A DNA stretch of 64,000 nt from the human T2T-CHM13v2.0 reference genome, Homo sapiens. The notes beneath the pieces were generated by a model that was not told the DNA's origin, made no database searches, and saw nothing but the letters and a program-made list of their open reading frames with translations. The translations under genes were made by a program, and so were the position numbers. The stretch lies in NCBI RefSeq assembly GCF_009914755.1, contig NC_060931.1. One strand, written 5' to 3'. This document shows, piece after piece, positions 14,870-28,626 of the stretch (within the stretch, counting starts at the first letter, position 1; the number at the start of each line of letters is the position of its first letter).

Positions 14870-14940
14870 GAGCAAAGTTTGCTGACTTTAATCAAGCCAG
14901 ATGACTTTTCATATTCACACCAGCTGTTGGCATATGCTGA
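14870..14940. promoter_or_regulatory. Candidate enhancer core: three E-boxes plus an NFI half-site
   Basis: CAGATG 14898-14903, CAGCTG 14921-14926, TTGGCA 14927-14932, CATATG 14931-14936 in repeat-poor DNA; motif evidence only. Confidence 0.3.
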
Positions 14941-15485
14941 GTTTTACTTTATTTCCTTCTCCTGGGAGTCATTCATTAATAGGTATAAAGAATTGCCCTA
15001 AACATTTTTTTTGGCAACTTCACATTTCAATCCACAACTGCTAGACACACTAAAGTATTATATTTGCAGTTAGCCTATGCAGCGTGCAGATTTTTCCTAA
15101 TAGAGTTCTACTTTAAGTCTGCCTCTGTTCTTATCCATAGAAGGGGAAAACTTAAGCCAAAAAGGAAAAAAAAATTGGATGATTGCCACATATCTCTGCA
15201 AATATGGGTTGGACGTGAAATAATTTAAAATGCGGTAAAACTTAGTAATTTAGCATATGGGTTAGTGAACATGCACATATTTTGCCAAGAGCCTGCACAC
15301 AGATGAAAAGCCCATTTTCTAGACGCCAATTCATGGGGTTCTACAAGCCCCTTGTTTACTTTATTCATTGCAGAGCCTATTTTTATTTGTAGTTTTTGTG
15401 GCAAAATTGTTGGTAGCAACTATAAAACCCAGGCAAAAGTCTTAGGAATGATCCTTTGCTACCCACATTTATATCAGCAATCAGC

Positions 15486-15506
15486 GGGGTTGGGGGGTGG
15501 GCGGGG
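15486..15506 (+). other. G-quadruplex-forming motif / SP-KLF GC box
   Basis: GGGG-TT-GGGGGG-T-GGG-C-GGGG: four G-runs with 1-2 nt loops. Confidence 0.7.
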
Positions 15507-15784
15507 AGAAAGTGGATAAAGCAGTGAAATATAGACCTGCCAAGTGATTGCAAAAATTAGGAAACTCCTCTTGAAAGAAAGTAGTGGGTTATATACGGAT
15601 GTTCTAACCTTTCATGTGTTGGATGTACCCCAGAAGTTATATATCTCTGTTGTCAGCAGCCACATGGAGGTAGATAAGGGGAGAGATTCCAGTCTCTTTC
15701 AGCATTCTGTGTATCATTTCCATGTACAAATATCTGCTTCAGTGTCAGCAGTTCTGTACAGAGAAAAAGCACGTGGAAGGGACG

Positions 15785-15830
15785 AAAGAACAGAGCAGCC
15801 AGGTTCCAAAGAACAGAGCAGCCAGGTTCC
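15785..15830 (+). repeat. Perfect 23-bp tandem duplication
   Basis: AAAGAACAGAGCAGCCAGGTTCC at 15785-15807 and 15808-15830. Confidence 0.97.
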
Positions 15831-17349
15831 GAGTAGATAAGGCTGTCTGTCACCTTTTCAAGATTGACCTCAGCCTTTCAGGAAACCGAGGTAACAACAT
15901 GAAACTAGTGAATTCCAGTGGAGAAACACTGAGTTGAATATTTTCAGCATCCTGGGTTTTCCAGGATTTTCACAAGTGAGAAATGCAGAGACGATGGTGA
16001 TAGGGAAGCTCCAGCCTGGGCCACACAGCAGCGTCAGTGCCTGCAGGACAGCAGCTGGCACTGGTGGTGGTGAAGGCAGCGAGGCTGGTCCGAAGAAACA
16101 GAAGGAGCAGCAGATACTTTTGAACCTCATGTTAATACTCTAACAAAATCTCTTTTACTTCATTTATTACAAATTGGCAAAGGAAAAAGAAACCATGTTA
16201 ACCAAACAAACAAAAACAATAAAAAGTTAAAAATAACAGAGCAGAAAGCATGACTGCAGAGTGCCAATGGTCATTGTTCTCTTTAGCTTGTGCTACTTAA
16301 GAAAGCTTCATCTGCTTTTTACTTTTTTGTTTTCCAGATTTTCTGTGATCACTTTCTTTCTCTTCATCCTCATGTATTTAATTTTTGTACTGATTTATTT
16401 ATTAATCTGTGTTTTAAAAAATCATATCATGTTTCAATGTCGTGAGGTTCTATTAAGCTTAGATTGTAAATATTATATTCTAGAGAATTTACTGAGTCAG
16501 AAGAGAGATGAATAAAGCCAAGTTCATCAGTCGAAGCTTCAGGGACATTTAGATAAATAAACATAATCATTGCATTGACAATAGTTAAACACCATCTGGT
16601 GAGGATCAGTTCCTGAAATGGAAAAGCTGGGAGCCAAGTGAGTAAAGTGGGAGAGAGACTCCTTCTGGTCAGGGAAAACATAGAACTTGGGTTCAGCGTG
16701 GGAGTACTGCATTTTTAAATTTCTGTCTTAGCATCTATGGTTAGCGAAACCGTCCCCCTGCTCCCTAATAGAGAAGTCACTTTGAAGGTAGGTGGTGGCA
16801 ATGTGGAGCTCTGACAGATAAGAGACCTCTAGAAATCAAATCCTTCATTACTGCTTCCCAATGAATCTGAAGTCATTGGAAATAGCAGAAAAATTATGTA
16901 AGTGCTGTGACATCTTACTCAGAGTTAATGGGGTTTCTCGTATACCTGCTATGTGCCAGGCATGGTGCTGGAGGCCATAAAGTCATGTGACCTTGAAGGA
17001 CTTTTGGCTCCTACCATCAAGTTTTGGAAGAAGTTGAAAGGAGTCTTTGATAAAACTTGGTGAAACTCCAAAGTTAAATTAAGCAACAATTGATAAGAAC
17101 TGGGGACCCATTTCTGCCTTGGCTCACATGATTACTTGCTCTTTCCTATTTCTCCTCCTTCTTTCTGGCCCTGATAATCCTGACAGTCCCCATTCCTGGT
17201 TTGGGCAGTGCCACCCGGCACAGAGTAAGAACTGGGCTGTCCAACCATGGACCCAAAGGGAGTCACAGCCAGACCTCAGAGGATTCTCAGCTTTCAAACC
17301 TATAGACCTGGATGCCAGGCCTCATTCTTTCACTTTCCATCTCTGTGAC

Positions 17350-17893
17350 TATATTCATCAAAGCTTTCCCAGGAAATGGAACCAATAGGATTATCTATCT
17401 ATCTATCTATCTATCTATTCATCTATCTATCTATCCCTCCATCTATCTTTCATCTATCATTACCTAAAGAGATTTATTATAAGAAATTGACTTATGAGAT
17501 TATGGAGGTTGAGAAGTCCAAGATCTGCAGTTGACAAGCTAGAAACCCAGGAGAGCTGATAATGCGATTCCAGTCCAAGTCTGAAGCCCTGAGAAGCAGG
17601 AGAGTTGATGGCATAAGTTCCAGTCAAAGTTTGAAGGCAGGAGAAGAGCCCTGTTCCAGCTCAAAGACACTCACAGAGAGAGAGAGAGTTCTCCCTTCCT
17701 CAGCTCTTTTGTTCCAATCAGGCCCTCAACAGATTCAATGAGCCCCACACACATTGAGGAGGGCACTGTGCTTTACTCAGTTCACCAATTCACATGTCAA
17801 TTGCATCCAGAACCATCCTCACAGACACACCCAGAATAACGTGTGACCAAATATCTGGGTACCCTGTGGTCTAGACAAGTTGACATGTTTTGA
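17350..17893 (-). mobile_element. MLT2 (ERVL) solo LTR with internal (TATC)n, inserted in a + strand MIR
   Basis: 'gagatttattataagaaattgacttatgagattatggagg...cctcacagacacacccagaataa...caagttgaca'; GTGAC flanks both sides; MIR continues ~17895-18050. Confidence 0.85.
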
Positions 17894-18099
17894 TGTGACC
17901 TTGGGCAAGTTGCTTAATCTCAGAGCACCTCAATCACACATTTGTAAAAATGGGACTAATTCCTCACTGGGCTAATAGGTTTAAATTGTAGGCAACATCT
18001 TTGGCACAGTGTCCGTTCAGTGGGAAGGACTTAATGATCAGCAGGTATCAATCATGTCCACAACAGTTATCATACCCCAGGAACTTTGTAGGTGTCAAG

Positions 18100-18310
18100 C
18101 TCTATGACACCAACGCTTTAGACATATTATCTCACTTAATGCTCACATCAACCCTATGAGGTGTTTTTATCCCCATTTTATAGTTGAGTAAACTGAGGCT
18201 CAGTGAGTTATACCTTGTCCCTTGGTCACACCAATAAGTAGGCCATAAAGCTAGTATTTGAACCAGATGTTCTAACCCCAGAGCAAGCTCATAGCTGTTA
18301 CACTGTGTTT
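18100..18310 (-). mobile_element. MIR SINE
   Basis: 'ccccattttatagttgagtaaactgaggctcag...ggtcacac'. Confidence 0.8.
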
Positions 18311-18959
18311 CCTCAAGCTAGAGGCCACACGAATTACATAAAAGTTAATTAGCCCACCATCATTACTTATTTTAATTTGTAGCATTACAATAGTATTATT
18401 CTCTACCATTTTTTATTATAAATACAAAGTATTCCAGCTATGTTATGTGGTAAGTAGGTTTTTATAAGGTAGCCTGGAAGCCTAACTGCCATTTATAATA
18501 CCATTTCTGAAAATGTGATCTGAATTTTAAACAACCAACCTAAAAATGAGCTTTGAATAGTGACATGTTTTCAAGTTGGGGCCCATTTGCTGAAATCAGC
18601 AAAACGGGGTAATGCTGGTTCAAGTTGTTTCATTACAGGTTTCTTTAAACATTGTTGAAGGTTGTTCTATGAAAAGCTATGCTAGTGTCTCTCACAGCAC
18701 TCCATATTATTGGACTAGGTAGCCCCAGGACACAAAAATCAAAAGTATTCCCCTGAGTACTCATCCAAGTCAGCAGGCAACTGAATTGTAGGCAAACTCT
18801 GAAGTAGGGGGAAATAAGGACAGATTTGCAAGTTCTAGCTTAGAAATTCAAGAGACTTTCAGGCACCCCACCATGCAGGCATCCCCAGTGCTCTGTCCCT
18901 GCAGAGGCAAGGGCTCCCACTTGCCCTGCCCACTTAGAGCAGCTTCACAAGCACTCGAA

Positions 18960-19190
18960 CACTGGAAACAGAAGGGCCTCAGTTTGGCTCACAATTAGCA
19001 ACTTACTAGCTGTGCAACCTTGGCTTTCTAATTAAAATAACATCTCTAACCCTCATTTTTTTTCCATCTGTAAAATAAGTCTAATCATAACTATTTGTAG
19101 GATTGCTGTGGGATTACATAAAAGCTTTTATATATAGTTCCTGGCAACTGCGTACACCTTCAGTATAGAGCCATTCTTCACAACTTCTCT
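18960..19190 (+). mobile_element. MIR SINE
   Basis: 'acttactagctgtgcaaccttgg...ccatctgtaaaataag'. Confidence 0.7.
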
Positions 19191-22100
19191 TATCTTTTCT
19201 GCTATAATTTCTGGGCAGGTTGAAGGTAGAGATAACAGTGATTGTTACCCATGGCCTGAGTATAGACAGCCAAGAAAGTGGTGGAGGAAGGAAGGAGGCT
19301 GGGAAGTGTTGCCCATACTTTTGGCCATGAGAAACCCAACAAAGCTCTGCCAAATGTGGGGTTCCCATTAGTGAGGCTTTCTAGGTTCAGGTTTCATTTT
19401 TTAATTTCTGCCCTGAAGACATGCTGATGGGAAACAGAAATACCTTTATTCCACCTGGATTTCAGGCAGCTTGTTCTTAGGCTGCTGCAGGCACCGGGCC
19501 CTTCCTGGAAGAGGCAAGGAGGCCAGGCCCAGGTGGGAAGGCCAGACAGTTCAGTAGGGTCACTGCACCTCTCTCCTTCCTTGTCTTTGCCAACTTTGAA
19601 GAAAGCCTATTTGAGCTAACATTTATCCTAAATGCACTTTCTGAAAAACTAATGCAAATCTAATAGGTAAGATCTTTATTCCAAGGAGCAAATGCTTCCA
19701 AATTATACCCCTATTAAAAAATACAATTTAAAAACCACATGGCAATAACAAAAAACTGAAGGGTCCATAAATTAGGAAAGAGTCATACCCTTGTGCAAAA
19801 TAAAACTCTGGTCTATAAGACACTTCAATCCAACCAGAAATTCTGTTTGCCCCTGGGTTTTACATATCCTCAGTTCGCTCATCAGTACAATTTGAGAACT
19901 TAGAAATAAAAATAATAGAGATACTTTAGTACTCAATTAGTCATTCTGCCTACTGAAAACAAGGATTAAAGCCTCTATTAATTAAGTCACAGTCAACAAC
20001 AAAACCTTCTGTTGTGTTTTGTTCATTTGACACATATTTAGGTCATATTTCTATACTCTCTTTCTTCCTCATGGACTATATCGTGTTCTCAGAAATAATT
20101 TAAAAATATTAATGACAGAAAGTAATATGAAATCCCTAGTCTACAATTTTATTTTCATTTCTTTTAACCTACTATATCTTCTGCCTTTGGCTTGGAAGCC
20201 CCTTATTTTTTTTTCCTAGCATGTTATGTCATGTTTTTATAGCATGGCTGTGCTAATGACTAGTATTGAAAAATTCTGAAATGAAGGTAATTAGTCTCAG
20301 AGAGGTTAAATTACCCAAAACCACCCATCTATTGAGTGACAGTGTCAGGATTCAACTTCTTGTCCTTTGACCCCAAATCCCATATAATTTCCAATATAAA
20401 TAAACTGTCAGGATATTTCCAATGTATCTGGATACTGAAAAACAGGTGTTAGATCTATTTTGTTGGGCTCTTATGAGAAAATAATTTTGGTAACTCCAAA
20501 ATTTACTGAGAATTATTTCAGTCTTACTAATACATTAACTCATGATTATTCCCAAGTTGATTGAGGCATGAGTTCTATATGTATAAAAAAGACTCTGGGG
20601 CCAGAACAGGATGTCTGGGAAGCCAGAGCCTCTTGGTACAATCATGAAACAACCTAGAGTTCCTTCCTCAGTGCAGACTGTTTTGGCTCTAGAGTCTTTC
20701 TGCACAGATAGAAATCATGCCTCAATGACCTTGAGACTAATCATAAAGCTACTTTAGTATATGGGCATGATGACTCCAAATTGGTACCACTGACTTCATG
20801 TTAAAGAGTTGTTAAGACTCCAGTAAGCACATTTTTGAGATAAATAATTTAGACAAGGGAAAGTAAGCTTGTACCAAAAAGGTCAGTTCCAGTGCCTGTC
20901 ATAGTCATCCAAGAAACTGCCAAGGCCATAGTCAGTACTGAGGAAGGACCCCTTCGTCATCCTGTGAGCTGGGAGCCGTCCACTGTGCCACAAGGCTGTG
21001 GCTTCACAGCCATCCTAACTGCATGGGCTATCTCAAATGGCCATAGTCAAGGTAACCAGTAAATTATGAATTGGCCTGACAAAAAAAAAAAAAAAAACTA
21101 TAATGAAATAGCCTCTTTGAGGGGTTTGAAAATGAGACTCCACTTATAGTCTGAGCAGAGGATAAAATAAGGAGAAGGAAAATAGTTGGGAGCACCAAAT
21201 AAGTTCAAGTAATGAGTAAACTTTAAGGCAGCAATAATAATAATAAACAATAATATACAGTACTTACAAAATGCCATGCTCTGTTTCAAGGGCTTTATCT
21301 CTCTTGACTCATTTAATCTTAGCAACAAGTGCATGTGGAAGGATAATTGCCAGGAGTTCCTCAATAATGACAGAGGTTACTTCTGACGCCATTACAGCAA
21401 CAACCACAGAAAGCAATAAGACAGCAAAAGGATTACCCGGCCCTCCAGACACCTGGCTTACACCATCACCATCCAGCTCTCTTCTCTGCATGGCCTGGTT
21501 CCAAATACTTCTTCCTCTGAGATTCCATTTCCTCCTCTGTATCCCTAAGATAATCTCATTACTAAAGGTAGCATAAATGGGTTTCTGTTCTTTGCAGCCT
21601 AACAATGTGAATTGACATAAAGCTCATTCACAGCCATATTGAGTATAGTTAGAGAAAAAAATTCAGAAATATAGGTCCATAGTTCAGCATATGCTCTGAG
21701 GTCATCAAAGTAAGCAGAACTCCCCAGAAGGAATATGAAAGAATTTTCAATCTGCATCGCCAGTGGAATTAAACAAATAATGTGCAATATATTCACATCA
21801 GTACTTTTGCCTTTTGCACAAAATCAACTAACTATGTATGCAACCATGTCTGATACTTAGCACTTCAGCAAATGTTTGAATAATGTTATCGAATAAGAAA
21901 GTGGATGTATGTGTGTGGGGACACAAATGTGTTATGTCCTATGGCCACCTGCACATGATACCAAGAACACTGTCAACATACATGTTATCTACAGATAGGG
22001 AAGAAATAACAAAGAGAAACAAAAAGCTCGTAAGGCTACTGTGTGATAGTAAACGCCAGGAAACCATGAACTATCTGTACAGGACACATTTGCCTTTGTA

Positions 22101-22311
22101 CCCCAAGAAGTTAGCACAGTGCCTCGCACATAAAGAACTCTCAATTCTTCTGTAATTGAATGGAACTGAATTGATCTAGTTACTATGTATCCTTGCTTAA
22201 TCTCCAGGTAGCCATGTGATTGCAATGAATACCATTAATGCTGATGAATTTTATTATCTTATGAAAGCATTAAACTTCTGTACCTGTTAAGATCAAACTT
22301 CTGAAATTTAT

Positions 22312-23001
<690 letters not shown>

Positions 23002-23504
23002 TTATTTCCGTAAGATGGCTTTGTTTATATCACACACAAAAAAAATAAGAACATAAAGGAACCTTTGGAAAAGATTGTATGATGTGCTTGAATTTTTATT
23101 TTTTTAAATCGTAAGGTATTTTCTTACAGACAACTATAAAGAAACTTCAGCACCCACCAGCCTGCTTTATCAAAATAACATTGGTCTCTGTTAACTGTTT
23201 TTTAAATTTATTTTTATTGAACTCCAGATGCACAAAATCAGATTAATCAGAGTTCTTGGTTCTTGACACAATATGATCCTCGGCTCTTTCATGGCTTTCA
23301 ATTAGTTATAGATTACTTTATTCATGTAGTCATTTTTTTATTTTGAATAATATGAGTACTCCTGAATCCACAATGCAATCCAAAAACTTAACACATTAAC
23401 AATAACTAGGCTTCACCCTATCTTGTGTTCCTGCCTACCCCTTCGGGACAAACACTATCCTGATTTTTGTGTTTGTCACTTTCTTGGTTTTTAAAAAACA
23501 TTTT

Positions 23505-23566
23505 ATTATATATATACCACATATAAAAAATATCATATATATGATATATATATATATATATATATA
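23505..23566. repeat. (TA)n-rich microsatellite
   Basis: Directly visible. Confidence 0.9.
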
Positions 23567-25110
23567 GTCAATATGTTGTTTTCAACCGATACATTATTTT
23601 ACTTGTTTTGACCTTCATTAAAAGCGTATCATGTTACACGAAGTCGTCTAACACGCGTTCCAGGGACTCAATATTACATTACTAAAATTCAACTGCGTGT
23701 TATATGTCTCTGGTCCACTCAATGCTGGCTTGTTCTGTTGTGAAGACTTGCCTCAATTTTGCATGATTTGGGGTTGTTTGCCATTTTTACCATTAGATAA
23801 ACTACTGGTGAACATGCTCATAGGTATCTTTTGGTGTGCTGTGCAAGAGATTGTCCTGGGTGTACTTCTTATAGTGGAGTTTCTGGGCCATAGGATATAT
23901 GAATAACTACCTTCCTAATAGACTGCCAAGACATTTTCCAAAGCGGTCGTCCCAATTTTCACTCCCACCAGTTGGTCCATACACTCTAATACATGGTTAG
24001 TCAGATTCCTTAATTTTTCCCAATAAAATAGGTGAAAAATGACATTTCATTCTGGCCTTGATTCTAATTTCCATGGTTACTAATGAGGTGGAATATTTCA
24101 TCATTTTATTGGCCATCTATGTTTTCTTTTCTATAAAGCACTCGCTGATATATTTTGCATATCTTTTTTATTGAATTGCTTGTGGCTTCGGAATTTTTTT
24201 ACATAAAATAAAAATTGCAGATAAAGTTGAGATCCTCATGTAGCTATCCTTGTCACATTTCCCTTTTCATTCCTTAGCATAAATCACTATCATTAATTTA
24301 ATGTTTCTCTTTCTTAGGCACCTTTTGATCAATTTATCATATATTTGTGTATATATAATATATACATAGTGCTATTGTGCTATTTTTTAAACTAACAATC
24401 AATAGCATCCTATTTGTCAATGTTTGTAAAACTTACTTTTCTCTCAACATTATGTTTATGAGATTTATTCTGATTGTTGTGGCTCTCATTTTGTCTTTTA
24501 AACTGGTATATAGTATTTCACTGTATAAATATACAAAAATATATATTTATGCATATTCCTATTGATGGACTTTTAAGTTTTATCAATTTATTTTACTATC
24601 ATAAACATTATGCAGGAAACCTGATTATATGTGTCTCCATATGCACATATGCAAAAGTTTCTCCAGGAAACATACGTAAAAGTTAAATGGCTCAGTCATG
24701 GGCTATGCACATCCTCACCTTTAATAACCATCACCAAAGTAATTGCACTAAATTCCACCACCAGGATATGACAGCTCCTATTTCTCCACGTTTTTTCTAA
24801 CATTTAGAGTATTTAGTACACTCGTTTTCCCCAATCTGCTGTGACATAGTATATTACTATAGTTTTAATGTGCATTTCTATCACCGTTAATGAGTTTGAG
24901 CATTTTTCAGATGTTTGGATTCCTCTTCTATAAATCTCTTGTTCATTCTTTCCTTGTTTCAATTTTTTGAGGTTTATTTTTCCTATTAACTTATATATTA
25001 TAAATAAATTATCTATCTACTTACAATTTATGATTTATTGTATATTATTGTCGTTTATCTGTTTTGGGGGTAGATTTTGAAACATTTTCTCCTACTCAGT
25101 ACCATGTCTA

Positions 25111-25249
25111 TTTCTCCTTCCCTCCTCCTTTCTTCCCTCTTTTCTTGTTTCCTCCTCCCTCATTTCCTTCCTTCCTTCCTCCCTCCCTCCCTCCCTCTTT
25201 CTTTCTTTCTTCTTTCTTTCCTTCTTTCTTTCTCTCTTCCTTTCTTTCT
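25111..25249. repeat. Polypyrimidine compound microsatellite (CCTT/CCCT/CTTT)n
   Basis: About 139 bp with almost no purines. Confidence 0.92.
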
Positions 25250-28032
25250 ACAAAACTTGTGATCTTAATGTAGTTACATTTGTAATTTTTTCGTTTTCAC
25301 ATTTTTGTTTGTCTTTGTCTGAGATGCCCTCTCCTAAGCTAATACCATAAAGATATTCTCCTATCATTTTTTTCCCAAGCATCATACAGTTCCTCAGTCA
25401 TCTTTAGGTCAACATTCCAGCCAGAATTGATTTGAGGGCATTAAGACAGAGAGCTGATCTTGCTGTATTTATTAAGCAGTGCATTTTTCCCCATCATTTT
25501 GTAAGGCTAGCTCGGCCACGGATCAGGTTTCCATGCATAAATATGTGCATTTGTGACCTACTTCTCCAGCTCTGCACTGACATTATGCTACACAAAGCTC
25601 TCCAGCTTCCTAAGATGTCATATCCAATAGGGCAAACACTTCCCTCATGATGTTCTTCTTCAAAAAAGTTGTTTTGGCGATTTGTGGCCCTTCACTGTCC
25701 AATGAAGTTTTTAGACTCAGGTTGTCAATTTCCACAAACTCCTCTCTGGATTTTAACTATAACTGTAGTGAATTGCATGGAAATTGCTTTTCCTAACATA
25801 ATTTCTGGCCTGGTCTTTTTTTTTTCTGCCTTATTTTCTCTTAATCTTAAATTTGTTTTAAATATTTTTCATATTTTACTACAAACTACTATTAATTCTT
25901 TTTGGTACTAGGCAGGACATAATTGAGCAAAATGGGTGAATAAGAGCTTCTCTATGTTTCCTGTGGGTAAGCTAAGTACTCTGGAGATACAATGTTTTGG
26001 GTGGATTTAGAATCTTGCACATTCCTGAATATCAATCTCATTAGGCAGTAATATAAGCACCATATCCATTTTTAAAGTGTGCCAGAAGGCAGACTAAATC
26101 CATCCTAATCCCAACAAGAGAAAAAACTTGTTTAGGTTGAGATGGGGGGATAATTAACCCTCCTATCTGAAAGGGAACAAATTATTATTCCTGCACCTTT
26201 CTATAAAACATGAGCACAAGCACAGGGTCTTTCAGCGTACTGGTAGAATTATTTTATTGTCTCCATCTTTATCACTCTAACTTTGAGCTAAATTCATATG
26301 TGAAGTATCCTTGTGTGAACGTTGTTCAAAATAGCATCACTTTTCTTTGCATTAAATGAGCTTTACCTCCTTTGCAGTACTAATAGCGGTCATTACCTCT
26401 AAGAGTTGTACTCAGCGCTAAGATAATGCCCCACTATCTGAAGATTTCATAGTGCCTTTCACCTAATATTCACTCTGCCTCTGAAAAAACATGAGTGTAG
26501 GTCCCATTTTATAGATGGTGAAGTCTGGGTACCAAAAACTGAAAGACATTCTATTCCCTCTATTAAAACTCTATGGAGTTAAAAAGGAGCACAGCCTGGC
26601 AGTCACCTTTGTGGAGAGTCCAGCCATGTAATGCACACTATAATGCAGGAGGGCTGAGTTTGCGGATTAAACACTGGCATGGTTGCCAAGGTCTGCTTTC
26701 TTTATGTGTCTTGGACCCAGCCAAGACCAGCATGCAGTGACTTTGGGATCACTAGGCTTCTGTTCCTATGAGTTGCTCATTTCCCAGCCTTTCCCAAAGA
26801 GTGTGTTGGAAAACAGAGGGATGTGAATAGATAGTTATACATGAAAATGGATTCCTTGGCCATATAGGCTTGAAAACATTAAAGCGTAAAAAAGCTTCTC
26901 AAGTGTAGAATTTGTGAACTCTGACTATGTCATTGTTAATCTCCAAAAGGATCCAGAAAATACCACATCCTCAAATATTTTGATAATAGCATTCTTTTTA
27001 TTACACAGCAGCAGTCACAGAACTAGTGCAATACACAAATAACTGGGGACCATCGCTCAGTGGATTTCAAACAAATATATACTTTGATACATTCAAATCC
27101 TGAATGATATGAAAGAATTACTACTAAATTCCTGTTGAATGGTATAATGTTTAAGGAAACACTTGTACATTTTTTTAAACATTAAAACACCCAGATTAGA
27201 AACAGCATGTCTGTCCCACCTGACTGGGCACATTTGAGAAGGCTGGACCTTCTCAACATTCTCAAATCTCACCTACCTCAATACAGAAAGGAAGGTGAGA
27301 GAGGCAGTCAGACTGTCACTCATCAAATGGCAAGAAACTTGAATCAGTGTGCAAAAAGAATGTTAGAGAACCTTCTCCCCATCATGACGCCTTAAGGTCA
27401 TCTCGCACATCCTTGCCTTCATCATCTTAAATGTACTGGCAAAGTATAGACTCCCTTGGACTATCATAGCCAAGCTCCTAGACTTTACTTTATGAGCAGG
27501 TGCTCTGCCTAGGGGAAGACACGGCAGCAAGATGGCGGACATGAACTATGCAACCACAGCTGCCTTTTCTGGGGTTCTGAATCGATGTATACCCATGAGA
27601 GTCTATCCTGCCACAGGACCATCAAATTCTCCAGCCTAAAATTTCTGCTGGAGTGAGGGATAGGATAAACAATAATGTTATAACCCAAAACTCCACACTC
27701 TTCTAGGGTGCCATTAACTATGTTTTCCCATGTCAAAATTATTCCTGAGAATCCTTGGCAAGTTCCAAGCCAAAATGGCCATCACAGGAACTTCAGAATT
27801 GCACAAAGCACAAAGGTCATTCTGCCTAGGAGACTGTCTGAGTTTGAATAGAGCCTCCTGGGCAACTACAGGTAATTAGGCAATTTCTTAGCCACAGGGA
27901 TAATGAGGAATGAGCAGAGGCTTTGCAAACAACCAAATGCACTCTCTGGATCTACCTCTTACTAGCTGTGGGCAGGCTTTGGCAAGTTACTTCGAGTCCC
28001 TGAGATTCAGTTTATTCCATCTTAAAATACTC

Positions 28033-28626
28033 TGTATCAGTTGGGGTTTTCCAGACAGACAGAATCATAGGATGTATGGATGGGTAGATAGATACATAGA
28101 TACAGAGATACAGAGATAGATAGAAGATTTATTAGGCAAATTAGCTCACTTGATTATGGAGGCTGATAAGTCCCAAGACAGGCCACTCACAAGCTGGAGA
28201 CCCTGGGATACTGGTAACATAGCTCAGTCCAAGTCTGAAGGCTTCAGAACCAGGGAAGCCAATAGTGCAGCTCTCAGTCCCTAGCTGCAGGCCTGAGAAC
28301 CCTGGGACCACTGGTATAAGTCTTAGAGTCCAAAGGCTGAGGAACCTGAAGTTGTTGTCCAAGGAAAGGAGCAAAAGAGTGTGGCTCAGCCTCAGCAGAT
28401 GTCTTCACATATTTGCCTTTTCTCTGTTTTTGTTCTTTCCGGGCCTCCCGCAGATTGCATAGTGCTGACCCACATTGGGGGTGGGCCTTCCCCAACTAGT
28501 CCACCCATACTTACATGCTAATCCCCTCTGGAAACACCCTCACAGACACATCCAAAAATAATGCTTTACCAGGTTCCTAGGTTCCTAGGTATTCCTTAAT
28601 CCAGTTGACTACTAAAATTAACCACG
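28033..28626 (-). mobile_element. MLT2 (ERVL) solo LTR inserted in a + strand MIR
   Basis: 'tgtatcagttggggttttccagacagacagaa...aaaattaaccacg'; perfect 5-bp TSD TACTC; MIR at ~27930-28032 resumes at 28627-28720. Confidence 0.9.

Larger units (their letters stand above)
23330..25900 (-). mobile_element. Fragmented old L1 (L1M) pieces in antisense orientation
   Basis: T-rich L1 reverse-complement phrases such as 'ttttcactcccaccag', 'tactaatgaggtggaatatattt', 'gagtttgagcatttttcagatg'; boundaries approximate. Confidence 0.7.

Noticed and set aside
15785-15830. CRISPR-like or prokaryotic system
   Set aside because: Only two adjacent copies with no spacers; the window is human DNA with no cas or operon-like genes
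21081-21097. Isolated A17 run as a processed-pseudogene tail
   Set aside because: No upstream poly(A) signal, ORF or TSD found
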